Assembly (NCBI RefSeq): GCF_000009705.1
Contig: NC_003267.1
Span: 1-32,000, forward strand
DNA length: 32,000 bases
Direction: 5' to 3'
DNA from: Nostoc sp. PCC 7120 = FACHB-418
GTDB lineage: Bacteria > Cyanobacteriota > Cyanobacteriia > Cyanobacteriales > Nostocaceae
A model generated the notes under the pieces. That model was not told the origin of the DNA. It ran no database searches and saw only the letters and a list, made by a program, of their open reading frames with translations. A program made the translations under genes and the position numbers. Positions 6,597 through 15,438 of the stretch are shown here, one piece after another. Positions within the stretch are counted from its first letter, which is position 1, and every line of letters begins with the position of its first letter.

Positions 6597-7990
6597 TTTA
6601 AACGCACTAAAGTATGAAGACTTTGACATCCTCCCCCGTTTAGAAAACGGGGGATTCCAAGAATCACTTCTTGGGCTTTCTCTTTCCACGACTCGACTTA
6701 TTTGGAGGAGTTACCTCACCCAAACAGAGGTCGATATCTCCAGAGACTTGAGATCCTGTGTGTCCCACAGTACGTAGTCCTAGTTCAAGTATGTTCCGTG
6801 CAGCGTTCCAATCCCTGTCTTGAATATGTCCACAGTGAGGGCAAGCATGAGTTCTTGTACTCAGCGACTTTTTCACTACTTCGCCACAGTTGGAACAATT
6901 CTGCGAAGTGTGATGGGGTGGGACTGCAACAGTCACTACACCAAACACTTTGCCGAAATACTCAACCCATTGCCGAAACTGCGTCCACGCTGCATCACTA
7001 ATCGACTTGGCAAGATGTCTATTCCTGACCATGTTCCGCACCTGCAAATCCTCATAGGCTACCAAGTCGCTAGACTGGACTACGCACCTCGCCAACTTTA
7101 CGGCGAAGTCTTTACGCTGCCTACTTACTTTAAGGTGTTTTCTACTCAAGCGATTTCTTGCCTTGACTCTGTTGTTAGAACCCTTCTTGGTTTTAGACAA
7201 TCTGCGTTGCAATCTCTTGAGAGACTTTTCGCTTTTACGCAAGTGTCTAGGGTTCTCAACTGTATTGCCTTCGCTATCGGTCAAGAAATGGTTCAATCCC
7301 ACATCCAGCCCAATAGTTTTAAGCGTTGGTTCTCGCCTTTCTACTCGCTCTTGGTCAATGCAAAACTGCGCGTAGTACCCATCGGCACGACGCACAACCC
7401 GCACCCTCTTGAACTGTTTCAACTGGTAGAAATGCAAGTCACGAGTTCCCCAGAGTTTGAAAGTTCCTGCTTTAAATCCGTCGCTAAAAGTGACATAACG
7501 ACGGTCACTACTAAGCTTCCAGCCGCTAGTTTTATACTCAACACTCCCATGCGTCTGTTCTTTTTTAAAGCGTGGATAACCTTTCTTCCCGGTTTTGTTT
7601 TGCTTGCAATTGTCAAAAAACCGAGCAATTGCACTCCACGCTCTTTCAGCAGAAGCTTGTCGAGCCATAGAGTTGAGTTTGGCAACGAACGGAAAGTTTT
7701 CATTGGCAGCAAGGACAGCGCAATAAGCACTCAAATCATACCTGCCGATGTTTTGGTTGTCCATCCAGTACCGGAGGCAAGCATTGCGGACAAAACGAGC
7801 AGTTTTAATCGCCTCATCCAGCAATTGATACTGCTCGTTTGTTCCTTCAAGTTTTGTCTCAAATACTAGCATTTTTACGTCAAACTCTCTGACGTAATTA
7901 TACCATGTTACGACCGAATAAATTCGGTCATTCGCTTATATCCCCCGATTAAAAATACGGGGGCTTTACGCTTCACGGCTCGTAAATTAG
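6597..7990 (-). mobile_element. IS200/IS605-family element carrying tnpB only (no tnpA); boundaries approximate
   Basis: Subterminal hairpins flank tnpB on both sides. The 3' side has TCCCCCGTTTTCTAAACGGGGGA (6631..6653). The 5' side has CCCCCGTATTTTTAATCGGGGG (7942..7963), GACCGAATAAATTCGGTC (7911..7928) and a TATAAT-like box upstream of the ATG. No Y1 transposase ORF is present. Confidence 0.65.
6664..7872 (-). CDS. tnpB: TnpB (IS605 OrfB / IS1341-type RNA-guided nuclease family)
   Basis: 402 aa. RuvC I is IGLDVGLNHF, the RuvC II region is VAYEDLQVRNM, the zinc ribbon is CSNCG...CPHCG, and RuvC III is DRDWNAARNI. All catalytic acidic residues look intact. Confidence 0.9.
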   Translation of the reverse strand: MLVFETKLEGTNEQYQLLDEAIKTARFVRNACLRYWMDNQNIGRYDLSAYCAVLAANENFPFVAKLNSMARQASAERAWSAIARFFDNCKQNKTGKKGYPRFKKEQTHGSVEYKTSGWKLSSDRRYVTFSDGFKAGTFKLWGTRDLHFYQLKQFKRVRVVRRADGYYAQFCIDQERVERREPTLKTIGLDVGLNHFLTDSEGNTVENPRHLRKSEKSLKRLQRRLSKTKKGSNNRVKARNRLSRKHLKVSRQRKDFAVKLARCVVQSSDLVAYEDLQVRNMVRNRHLAKSISDAAWTQFRQWVEYFGKVFGVVTVAVPPHHTSQNCSNCGEVVKKSLSTRTHACPHCGHIQDRDWNAARNILELGLRTVGHTGSQVSGDIDLCLGEVTPPNKSSRGKRKPKK

Positions 7991-8178
7991 TAAAATTTTT
8001 CTGAAAATTAGCAGTAGTCAACAATTGGCATCGCCCTATTCGCTAGTATCCATCCAGCCGTAGTCTGTGCAGTCCAATGGGTCATGAAATTTGACAATTT
8101 GCAACAAATTTGAGTGAAACTCAGGAAATACAATCAGAAATCCTGAAGTGAAATCAATCTCTAGGGGTGCGTCAATTT

Positions 8179-9006
8179 ATGGGAATTTGTCGAAATCTGG
8201 GTGTAGCGGCGTTGGTGGCGTTGATTGTCGGGTGTTCGCCTGTCCAATCCCAAGTGCCACCATTAACTGAACTTTCTCCATCAATCAGCGTGCATTTACT
8301 CTTGGGAAATCCCAGTGGTGCAACGCCAACAAAGCTTACACCAGATAATTACCTGATGGTCAAAAATCAATATGCACTTTCCTACAACAACAGCAAGGGA
8401 ACTGCTAACTGGGTAGCTTGGCAGCTTAACTCCTCATGGTTGGGAGATGCAGACAGGCAGAATAACTTCCGCCCAGATAACACATTGCCTGCTGGTTGGG
8501 TGCGAGTGACTCCTTCTATGTACTCTGGAAGTGGATATGACAGAGGACATATTGCACCATCGGGCGATCGCACGCGAACAGCAGAGGATAATGCGGCTAC
8601 TTTCCTCATGACAAACATGATGCCCCAAACACCCGATAACAACCGGAACATTTGGGGTAATTTAGAAGATTATTGTCGAGAATTGGTAAGCCAAGGTAAA
8701 GAACTTTATATTGTCGCTGGCCCTAGCGGTAGTTAAGGTCAACCCCTCAAAGGTAAAGTGACAATTCCTCAATCCACTTGGAAGATTATTGTTGTACTAG
8801 ATAGCCCAGGCTCAGGGCTTACGGGTATTACAGCTAATACTCGCGTTATCGCAGTAAATATTCCCAACGAACCAGAATTAAATAATGATTGGAGGGCTTA
8901 TAAAGTCAGTGTTGATGAATTAGAAACGTTGACGGGTTACGATTTTCTTTCTAACGTTTCCCCCAATATTCAAGCTAGTATTGAGAGTAAAGTTGATAAC
9001 CAGTAA
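8179..9006 (+). pseudogene. nucA: nucA-like sugar-nonspecific DNA/RNA endonuclease interrupted by an in-frame TAA
   Basis: Signal/lipobox-like N-terminus (ALIVGCSP), catalytic DRGHIAP and NMMPQTPDNN motifs. TAA at 8734..8736, after which the same frame continues (GQPLKGKVTIPQSTWK...), so 8179..8733 and 8737..9006 are one reading frame. Very similar to Anabaena NucA as I recall it. Confidence 0.8.
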
Positions 9007-9011
9007 ATCGG

Positions 9012-9362
9012 TCATGTTTCCACAACTTTAGTAGAAAGACCAGCTAAATTTCTTGTAGGAGTTTCACCAATAATATAAACATCAATCGCTAAATCACCCA
9101 GTCGATACACCTGCAAATTACTCAGGTTTTCTTTGAGTGTCTGCACAAGAGTTTGAAATCGTTTGACGGTTTCAAACTCTTCTTCATTGTGCCAATCTTC
9201 AGGAGTTGTTGCTACACCAAAAAAATCATCCACTCCTACGATTTCTACGGGTGTGTCTATGGGATGGTTGGTCTGTTGTAAGACTTTCTCTGGTGTTGCA
9301 GGTGCAATATCTGACCACAGGAAAGCTGCACAGGGATATTCCGACTCGCTCATAAATAGCAA
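9012..9362 (-). CDS. nuiA: NuiA-like nuclease inhibitor (start uncertain)
   Basis: LLFMSESEYP...QVYRLGDLAIDVYIIGETPTRNLAGLSTKVVET closely matches Anabaena NuiA as I recall it. It is convergent with nucA, with 5 bp between the stops. The frame stays open upstream to 9434 and encodes ITKTNSEILEQLKRASDG, but with ATT (9416..9414) where an ATG would be expected. The first canonical start is the TTG at 9362. Confidence 0.75.
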   Translation of the reverse strand: MLFMSESEYPCAAFLWSDIAPATPEKVLQQTNHPIDTPVEIVGVDDFFGVATTPEDWHNEEEFETVKRFQTLVQTLKENLSNLQVYRLGDLAIDVYIIGETPTRNLAGLSTKVVET

Positions 9363-9577
9363 GCCGTCTGATGCTCGTTTTAGCTGTTCTAAAATTTCTG
9401 AGTTGGTTTTAGTAATAAACCATAATAGACTAATTCAATAAAGTATAATTTGTATCGTCTATTTATCTACATTCAGGTCAAGCAGCAGAATTTTTATTCA
9501 TACTTAATTATTTCTAATGGTACAAGACAAATAATTAAAAATGGTGCAATTTAAGAGCAGTGTAAATCTTGTAAATT

Positions 9578-9982
9578 ATGGACGCTGCTAAACGCCTTGC
9601 TACTCTAAATCGCATCCGCCAACTCAGTCGTTTGATGGATACATCAATACGCATTCCGTTAACAAGTTTTCGTATTGGAATAGACCCAATTATTGGTTTA
9701 ATTCCAGGTGGTGGTGATTTAATCAGTACAGCGTTTTCAGCTTATATTATATTTTTAGCTACCCGCTTTGGTATATCACGCCAAGATTTAGCCAAAATGA
9801 TTTTTAATGTTGGTTTAGAAACTGTTGTGGGTACTGTGCCTTTAGTGGGAGATTTATTTGACGCTTTTTATAAATCCAATATTCGCAATTTAGCAATTTT
9901 AGAAAAACATTTGACAGACGTTGAACCAGAACTTCAAAAAGTATCTGATGAACTTTACAAAAAACAAGTTAGTCAAGTTTAA
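9578..9982 (+). CDS. DUF4112-family small membrane protein
   Basis: IRIPLTSFRIGIDPIIGLIPGGGDLIS and VVGTVPLVGDLFDAFYKSNIRNLAILEKH are the two characteristic DUF4112 blocks. Confidence 0.75.
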   Translation: MDAAKRLATLNRIRQLSRLMDTSIRIPLTSFRIGIDPIIGLIPGGGDLISTAFSAYIIFLATRFGISRQDLAKMIFNVGLETVVGTVPLVGDLFDAFYKSNIRNLAILEKHLTDVEPELQKVSDELYKKQVSQV

Positions 9983-10293
9983 GTAGGAAAATACATAGAG
10001 TTATCAAGAAATTGTCCTGTACAGTATCTTCATTCGACTGCATATTCACCACACCCGTAAGTTGTATTCATTCACCGATGCGATGAGTGCTATTTTCTTA
10101 GAGGAAAAGTCAGCAATGACCTTAAGCCCCACACCCCTATACCCCTATATCCTCGCCCAAACCCTTTATTCTTCGTATCACTGTGTAAGTCCTAAGAAGG
10201 TTCAAACCCATGATTGACTAGCAGCAGACTACAAAAATACAATTTACCGGAAGCTGGAGTTAGCTGTATATCTCATTTAGGGAAAAATAAAGT

Positions 10294-10406
10294 GGCGTTG
10301 CTGATTAATGGGATGATTTATGTTTCGCGCAAAGGCGCAAAGCCGCAAAAAATCGTTAGTTTACTTTGCTAGAAAAGCTTAATTCATCCCGCATTTATGC
10401 AACGCC
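10294..10406. repeat. bipartite inverted repeat (GGCGTTGC-N8/9-GGGATGA arms) enclosing three tandem 8-mers
   Basis: Left arm 10294..10316, right arm 10384..10406 (TCATCCC...GCAACGCC). GCGCAAAG GCGCAAAG CCGCAAAA lies at 10327..10350. The repeat ends 30 nt before the AAA+ gene ATG. Confidence 0.5.
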
Positions 10407-10435
10407 AATAAAGTTAATTCCTGTGAGGATACAAA

Positions 10436-12871
10436 ATGTCATATACAGCTTATTTAAGCTCTATTAAAAATGAACTCCAAAGAACTGGTAAACCAAAAAA
10501 AAGCCTGCGAGTGAAAACCATCATGGAACAGTTTGGCTATCAACGGAGAAGTCAGGCATTCATTGATGAGTTTAATGCTACTCTGGATAACTTAGGACTC
10601 TGTACCGAGCCAGGGTTTGATTTATACATTCCCTTAGACACTAAAATTAATATTTCCCTCAAAGGTGTAGCAATTTCTGAAGAATTATTAACAACTCAAC
10701 CAATTGATCAAAAACTGAAAGAATTGATTCAAGTCAAGCATGATTTTTTTTACTATTTATTTGACTTTGGCTCAGATCAGGAGTATGAACGTTTCCAGTC
10801 TTGTTTAGATTCTAATCAACCGATGGGGATTTTTCTCATTCCCCAAGCTGGGGATTTCTTTTCTGATATTGTAGTCAAAGTCTTAAATTATGAATTGATT
10901 AGGAAATTTCAATATAAAGGCAGTAGTGAAATTCCTATTGCATCTGTACGACAGTTCTCTAATAATATCATTGACTCGGACGATAGTCATGAAAATGACA
11001 AAGAAGACTCTCTTCAAGGAGCTAACATATTTCATTTTTATAGCTCAACTATGACTAGTGTCATCTTGGGCAATACTGGCTTAGAGTTGCTAGATTCTGA
11101 ACAATTCGACGAGCAATTTTCTCATATATCTTTAGCTTTAAACAAATATAATTCAGCCCAATCATTTATTTTATTTCATTGCCCATCATTATTAGAAATT
11201 CAATCTCAACAAAAAGAAGATACTTTAGGACATTTAGTAGATAGAGTTGCCAGTAAAATCCCCTTCACTTTTACTCTGAGATGTAAATATAACCAGGAAG
11301 CTGAAATTGAGTATAAAGAAGAGATATTAGCGCATTTCCGTCTGCTATTAGAGTTACCTTATTACGAGACAGATGAAGATGATGTATCTCTACTAAATTA
11401 TTTTTTAGAACTGCAAAAAGCCCAGATTCAGGCTGAATCACAATTGTTGCTGAAAATGAACCCCCAACATCTTTATCACCTTAAATGGCAACAGGAAAGC
11501 AGTGAGTATATCTATCTCAAATATTTTGCGATTAAAACTTTAGAAAGTTTAGGATATGAATTATCTCATATAGGCTGTGAGGTAGAGTTAACTTCCCAAG
11601 ATGAAGAAAACACAAATGATGAGCAGGAATCTGAAGAATATCAAAGCGAAACCATAGAAGTTTATGTCAAAAATAAGATTGTGGTGGAGATAGAAACCCT
11701 GAAATATCAAGAGTTTGCCGATAATAATCTCTTTTTTGATATGATTAAAAGAATTATCCGCAAATCCCAGGTATGGCCTAATAATCTGGAAAGTTTTTGG
11801 TTAGTAGTACCTGGATTTGAAATTGCCCGCAATTACTATCAACTGAAAAAGACAAAAGAAATTTTAGAATATAAATTGGCAGGATACTATGGTACTAACT
11901 TTAAAGTGATTATCATGACACCGGATTATGAAAAACATCAATTAGTACCTGTCTCCTTTGAAAATATAAATTATCCGACGTTTAAATATACAGCTAGAAA
12001 AAATATTACCAATCAAATCGTTCCAGTTGCGAAGACAGTAAAACTTGATTTTAGCCAAGTCAAAGGACTCTATGAAGAAAAGGAAAAATTAAGGAAGCTG
12101 CTAAAACTGCAATCGCAAGGATACAAGGGAGCGGTTGGTGGTATTCTTTTCTATGGTTTACCTGGATGTGGTAAAACCTTACTAGCTAATGCTTTTGCTA
12201 ATGAATCAGGGCGATATTTCTTTAAATTTTCACCTGCTGATATTGTGAGTGTTTGGATAGGTCAAAGTCAGAAGAATATTCGAGATATTTTTGCTCAAGC
12301 TAAGAAAAAATCACCTTCAGTTTTATTTATAGATGAGTTAGATAGTATTGGGTTTAATCGTCATGAAGATAATGCCCACACTGACCAAAAAGCCACAATT
12401 AATCAATTATTAATTGAACTGAACAATATTAAAGATAGTGATGTTATAGTGATTGCTGCTACTAATTATTTAAGTGGGATTGATAGTGCATTGAAACGTT
12501 CTGGGAGACTGGATTGGAAAATTCCCATTTTCCCACCTAATCAAGCAGAGAGAGTGGAGTTATTTCAGCACTACTTATCACAAATTAATTTAAATCAGTT
12601 GGTTAATTTTGAGATGTTAGCCGAGAAGAGTGTCAGATTTACTTCATCTGATATTGAGTTAGTATGTCGAGAGGTGAATAATGCTATTTTACTGGAAGAA
12701 ATCAGTTCATCTCTTACAACTTCAGATGTGATTACTTATATCCATAATCTCCAAGATGGTGGGTTAAGTTTAAATCAAGATCAAGTGCAAGAATTTTTGC
12801 ATGAATGTCAGAGATTGAGTGTAAAAAATGCGAAGTTGGAAAGTTTGAAAGTAGAGTGGGAAATTGAGTAG
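10436..12871 (+). CDS. 811-aa protein: uncharacterised N-terminal region (about 540 aa) fused to a classic-clade AAA+ ATPase module
   Basis: Walker A GLPGCGKT (12155..12178), Walker B VLFIDELD, and a second region of homology IAATNYLSGIDSALKRSGRLD (CDC48/FtsH-like). The N-terminal part has no motif I recognise, apart from a weak PD-(D/E)xK-like stretch IEVYVKNKIVVEIETLK. Good RBS (GAGGA) upstream. Confidence 0.85.
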   Translation: MSYTAYLSSIKNELQRTGKPKKSLRVKTIMEQFGYQRRSQAFIDEFNATLDNLGLCTEPGFDLYIPLDTKINISLKGVAISEELLTTQPIDQKLKELIQVKHDFFYYLFDFGSDQEYERFQSCLDSNQPMGIFLIPQAGDFFSDIVVKVLNYELIRKFQYKGSSEIPIASVRQFSNNIIDSDDSHENDKEDSLQGANIFHFYSSTMTSVILGNTGLELLDSEQFDEQFSHISLALNKYNSAQSFILFHCPSLLEIQSQQKEDTLGHLVDRVASKIPFTFTLRCKYNQEAEIEYKEEILAHFRLLLELPYYETDEDDVSLLNYFLELQKAQIQAESQLLLKMNPQHLYHLKWQQESSEYIYLKYFAIKTLESLGYELSHIGCEVELTSQDEENTNDEQESEEYQSETIEVYVKNKIVVEIETLKYQEFADNNLFFDMIKRIIRKSQVWPNNLESFWLVVPGFEIARNYYQLKKTKEILEYKLAGYYGTNFKVIIMTPDYEKHQLVPVSFENINYPTFKYTARKNITNQIVPVAKTVKLDFSQVKGLYEEKEKLRKLLKLQSQGYKGAVGGILFYGLPGCGKTLLANAFANESGRYFFKFSPADIVSVWIGQSQKNIRDIFAQAKKKSPSVLFIDELDSIGFNRHEDNAHTDQKATINQLLIELNNIKDSDVIVIAATNYLSGIDSALKRSGRLDWKIPIFPPNQAERVELFQHYLSQINLNQLVNFEMLAEKSVRFTSSDIELVCREVNNAILLEEISSSLTTSDVITYIHNLQDGGLSLNQDQVQEFLHECQRLSVKNAKLESLKVEWEIE

Positions 12872-13093
12872 AGTCAGAGGATATTGGAAAAGTTCTGAGT
12901 GATGTATTCAATATAGGAATCCGATTTTTTAGGACACTAACTATGCTTTGAATCATAATATGGTTCTTGGCAACTTTTGGTGATCTAGGCTGGGGAAAGG
13001 CAGAGGGCAGAGGGCAGAAGGCAGAAGTCAGAAAGATATAATTAAGATACGTCAAACTTCACTCCATCAAACATTTGAGGGATAATCCTCAGC

Positions 13094-15010
13094 TTGGTTA
13101 TGTTAGTGCTAAGTTATCTATTACCAGATTTAGCAAACCTGAAACTGGAAAATTGCGTTCTTGACGAGATAAACACTCAGATAAATGTGATTGTTTCCGC
13201 AATCACTAGAGTAGTTAATTGTCCAGTTTGTAATCAACCAACTCACAAAATTCATAGTCGCTATGAGCGAAAGTTAGCAGATTTACCCTGGGCTGATTAC
13301 AGCATTACCTTACAGTTAAGGGTGCGGAAGTTTTTTTGCCTTAATAAGTCGTGTAAACGACGTATTTTTACAGAAAGGCTGACCAATGTAACCACACCTT
13401 GGGCGAGAAGAACTCTACGTTTAGCTCAACGACTGAATGCGATTGCTTTAGCTAATGGTGGTGCAGCAGGGGTAAGACTCTCACAGCAATTGGGGATAAA
13501 AGTTTCTCGCAATACGCTATTAAATTTAGTCCGCTCAATCCCACTACCACCAATCGTAACGCCACACACTCTTGGGGTAGACGACTTCTGTTTTCGTAAA
13601 TGTAAGACTTACGGCACAGCACTAATTGATCTAGAACGCAGCCGACCAATTGCTCTACTCAAAGATGCAAAGGCTGAAACCTTGACAGAATGGTTAAAAT
13701 CTCACCCTGGTGTTCAAGTTGTCTCACGAGATCGGTCAAAAACTTATGAAAGTGGTATTCGCCAAGGCGCGCCAGAAGCCATTCAAGTTGCAGACCGCTT
13801 TCATCTATTGCAAAATTTATCTCAAACGCTTCATCAAGTCTTTGGTACTCACGCCAAAGCACTTAAAGAAGTGGAAAAACAAGTCTTGAATACTGATACT
13901 AAAGTGCATTTAGAGGTGGAAACACCACTTGAAGAAGGCAAAAGTATGTTCGCGCAGCGTCCCGTAGGGAAGACAGAGGGTATTCGGGAATTGGATGGGG
14001 ACACATACCCCACCCAATTGCAGACAACTGAAATTCAAAACTTGGGTGGTAGTCTTCAAGCATTTTTGACAGAGAGTACAGACGGATTGACTGCACGGGA
14101 AAACCTAAGTGCCAACCATCTGCCTTTTCCTGATAACCTTTCCCTGATTAGTGAGGCTCATCCCGGCTCAGTTGTGCCAAGGTTTCCCCAAAACACAGCT
14201 CTAAAAAGGAAAGTCCAATCTGCCGAGGCACGGGCTAGACGGAGGGACATCCATGAGCGAGTTTGGAGCTTACGTTCTATTGGCCTATCAGTGCAAGCAA
14301 TTGCTCAATCCCTGGGAGTTTGTAAAAACACCGTATATAATTACTTGCGTAGCTCAACTTTTACCGAACGTCGTGAACGTAGCGACCAAGGTCTGAGCCT
14401 TCTCAACCCTTATCATGATTACCTCCTCAGTCGCTGGAATAGCGGTAACCACAGCACCCAAAAACTGTTTAAGGAAATTCGCGCCTGCGGCTATACCGGT
14501 AGTTATGCCACGGTCTCTCGCTTCACTCGTTATCTCAAGACCGTGCCTGGATTTGAACCAGCAAAAGGTTCAAGAAAAAACGCTTCCCCCAGGATTAGCT
14601 CTTCCTCCCATCGTCCTCTCACCCCCAGTCGCGTCACCGCTTTAGTCTTGCGACGACCAGAATTAATACAGCCTAATGAGCGTGAAGTCATCGCTCAACT
14701 ACAAAAAGCCCATTCGGATTTAAAGTCAGCTATTGAACTAGCTCAACAGTTTGCATCTCTTGTGCGTCAACGTCTGAGCGAGCAGCTCGATGCTTGGTTA
14801 AACAAAGCTAAAAACAGCTCGGTTTCTTTGTTGCGCTCCTTTGCTGTTAGTTTAGAGTCTGACTACGATGCTGTGAGAGCAGGTGTAACTATGTCAGTTA
14901 GTAATGGCCCAGTTGAAGGGCATATTAATCGACTGAAAATGTTAAAGCGGCAGATGTATGGTCGTGCCAAGATAGACTTGCTTGAGCGACGATTCTTGTT
15001 AGCAAATTAA
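13094..15010 (+). CDS. ISL3-family transposase (long form)
   Basis: N-terminal zinc-finger region CPVCNQ...CLNKSCKRRIFTERL, DDE core LGVDDFCFRK...VSRDRSKTYE...ADRFHLLQNL, and a C-terminal SNGPVEGHINRLKMLKRQMYGRA block. An extra HTH-like insert (GLSVQAIAQSLGVCKNTVYNYL) is present. The true start may be the ATG at 13100. Confidence 0.9.
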   Translation: MVMLVLSYLLPDLANLKLENCVLDEINTQINVIVSAITRVVNCPVCNQPTHKIHSRYERKLADLPWADYSITLQLRVRKFFCLNKSCKRRIFTERLTNVTTPWARRTLRLAQRLNAIALANGGAAGVRLSQQLGIKVSRNTLLNLVRSIPLPPIVTPHTLGVDDFCFRKCKTYGTALIDLERSRPIALLKDAKAETLTEWLKSHPGVQVVSRDRSKTYESGIRQGAPEAIQVADRFHLLQNLSQTLHQVFGTHAKALKEVEKQVLNTDTKVHLEVETPLEEGKSMFAQRPVGKTEGIRELDGDTYPTQLQTTEIQNLGGSLQAFLTESTDGLTARENLSANHLPFPDNLSLISEAHPGSVVPRFPQNTALKRKVQSAEARARRRDIHERVWSLRSIGLSVQAIAQSLGVCKNTVYNYLRSSTFTERRERSDQGLSLLNPYHDYLLSRWNSGNHSTQKLFKEIRACGYTGSYATVSRFTRYLKTVPGFEPAKGSRKNASPRISSSSHRPLTPSRVTALVLRRPELIQPNEREVIAQLQKAHSDLKSAIELAQQFASLVRQRLSEQLDAWLNKAKNSSVSLLRSFAVSLESDYDAVRAGVTMSVSNGPVEGHINRLKMLKRQMYGRAKIDLLERRFLLAN

Positions 15011-15087
15011 AGATTTATAAGTGTCCATGTTGACTTTTTTCAGTATAATCTTTGTACTTCAAACTTCTCTAAACTTCAAACTTAATT

Positions 15088-15438
15088 ATGAGTTATAGAA
15101 ATCAGTTTATCTGGCAAAGGGCAGTTCAACTTGCCATTAATTGCTATAAATTTACACGCTTATTCCCTCAATCAGAATTGTATGGCTTAACCAGTCAAAT
15201 CAGACGTTCTTCTGTATCTGTAGCATCCAATATAGCGGAAGGCTATGGTAGGCGTTCCAAGCCAGAATATATCCAGTTCTTACATATTGCGTTAGGTTCT
15301 TTAAGAGAACTTGATACGCAATTAATCATTGCCAAAGAAGTAGATTTAGCTGATAAAGACCTTTTCACTCCCATCTTGAATGAGGTTGAGGAAATGCAAA
15401 GTATATTAGTTGCTACTTTAAACAAACTCAAGGGTTGA
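15088..15438 (+). CDS. four-helix-bundle protein (23S rRNA intervening-sequence protein / Avd-like family)
   Basis: ELYGLTSQIRRSSVSVASNIAEGYGRRSKPEYIQFLHIALGSLRELDTQL is the family signature. The gene lies inside the ISL3 element, just before its right inverted repeat. Confidence 0.85.
   Translation: MSYRNQFIWQRAVQLAINCYKFTRLFPQSELYGLTSQIRRSSVSVASNIAEGYGRRSKPEYIQFLHIALGSLRELDTQLIIAKEVDLADKDLFTPILNEVEEMQSILVATLNKLKG

Noticed and set aside
6820-7869. 349-aa plus-strand ORF (and 6702..7001, 7163..7375, and the minus-strand alternate-frame ORF 7419..7730) overlapping tnpB
   Set aside because: The minus-strand frame at 6664..7872 carries the full TnpB motif set (RuvC I/II/III and zinc ribbon). 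The overlapping translations are low-complexity with no motifs. A long antisense ORF is a common artefact opposite real genes.
8930-8965. TTGACGGG ... AACGTTTCCC inside nucA, resembling split halves of the parS-like palindrome
   Set aside because: The halves are separated by about 17 nt, are not an inverted pair, and lie in a conserved coding stretch (LTGYDFLSNVSP). Most likely a coincidence.
12732-13055. 107-aa minus-strand ORF spanning the AAA+ gene 3' end and the ISL3 left inverted repeat
   Set aside because: It overlaps a well-supported gene and reads through the heptamer-repeat IS terminus (PLPSAFPQP...). It is a compositional artefact.
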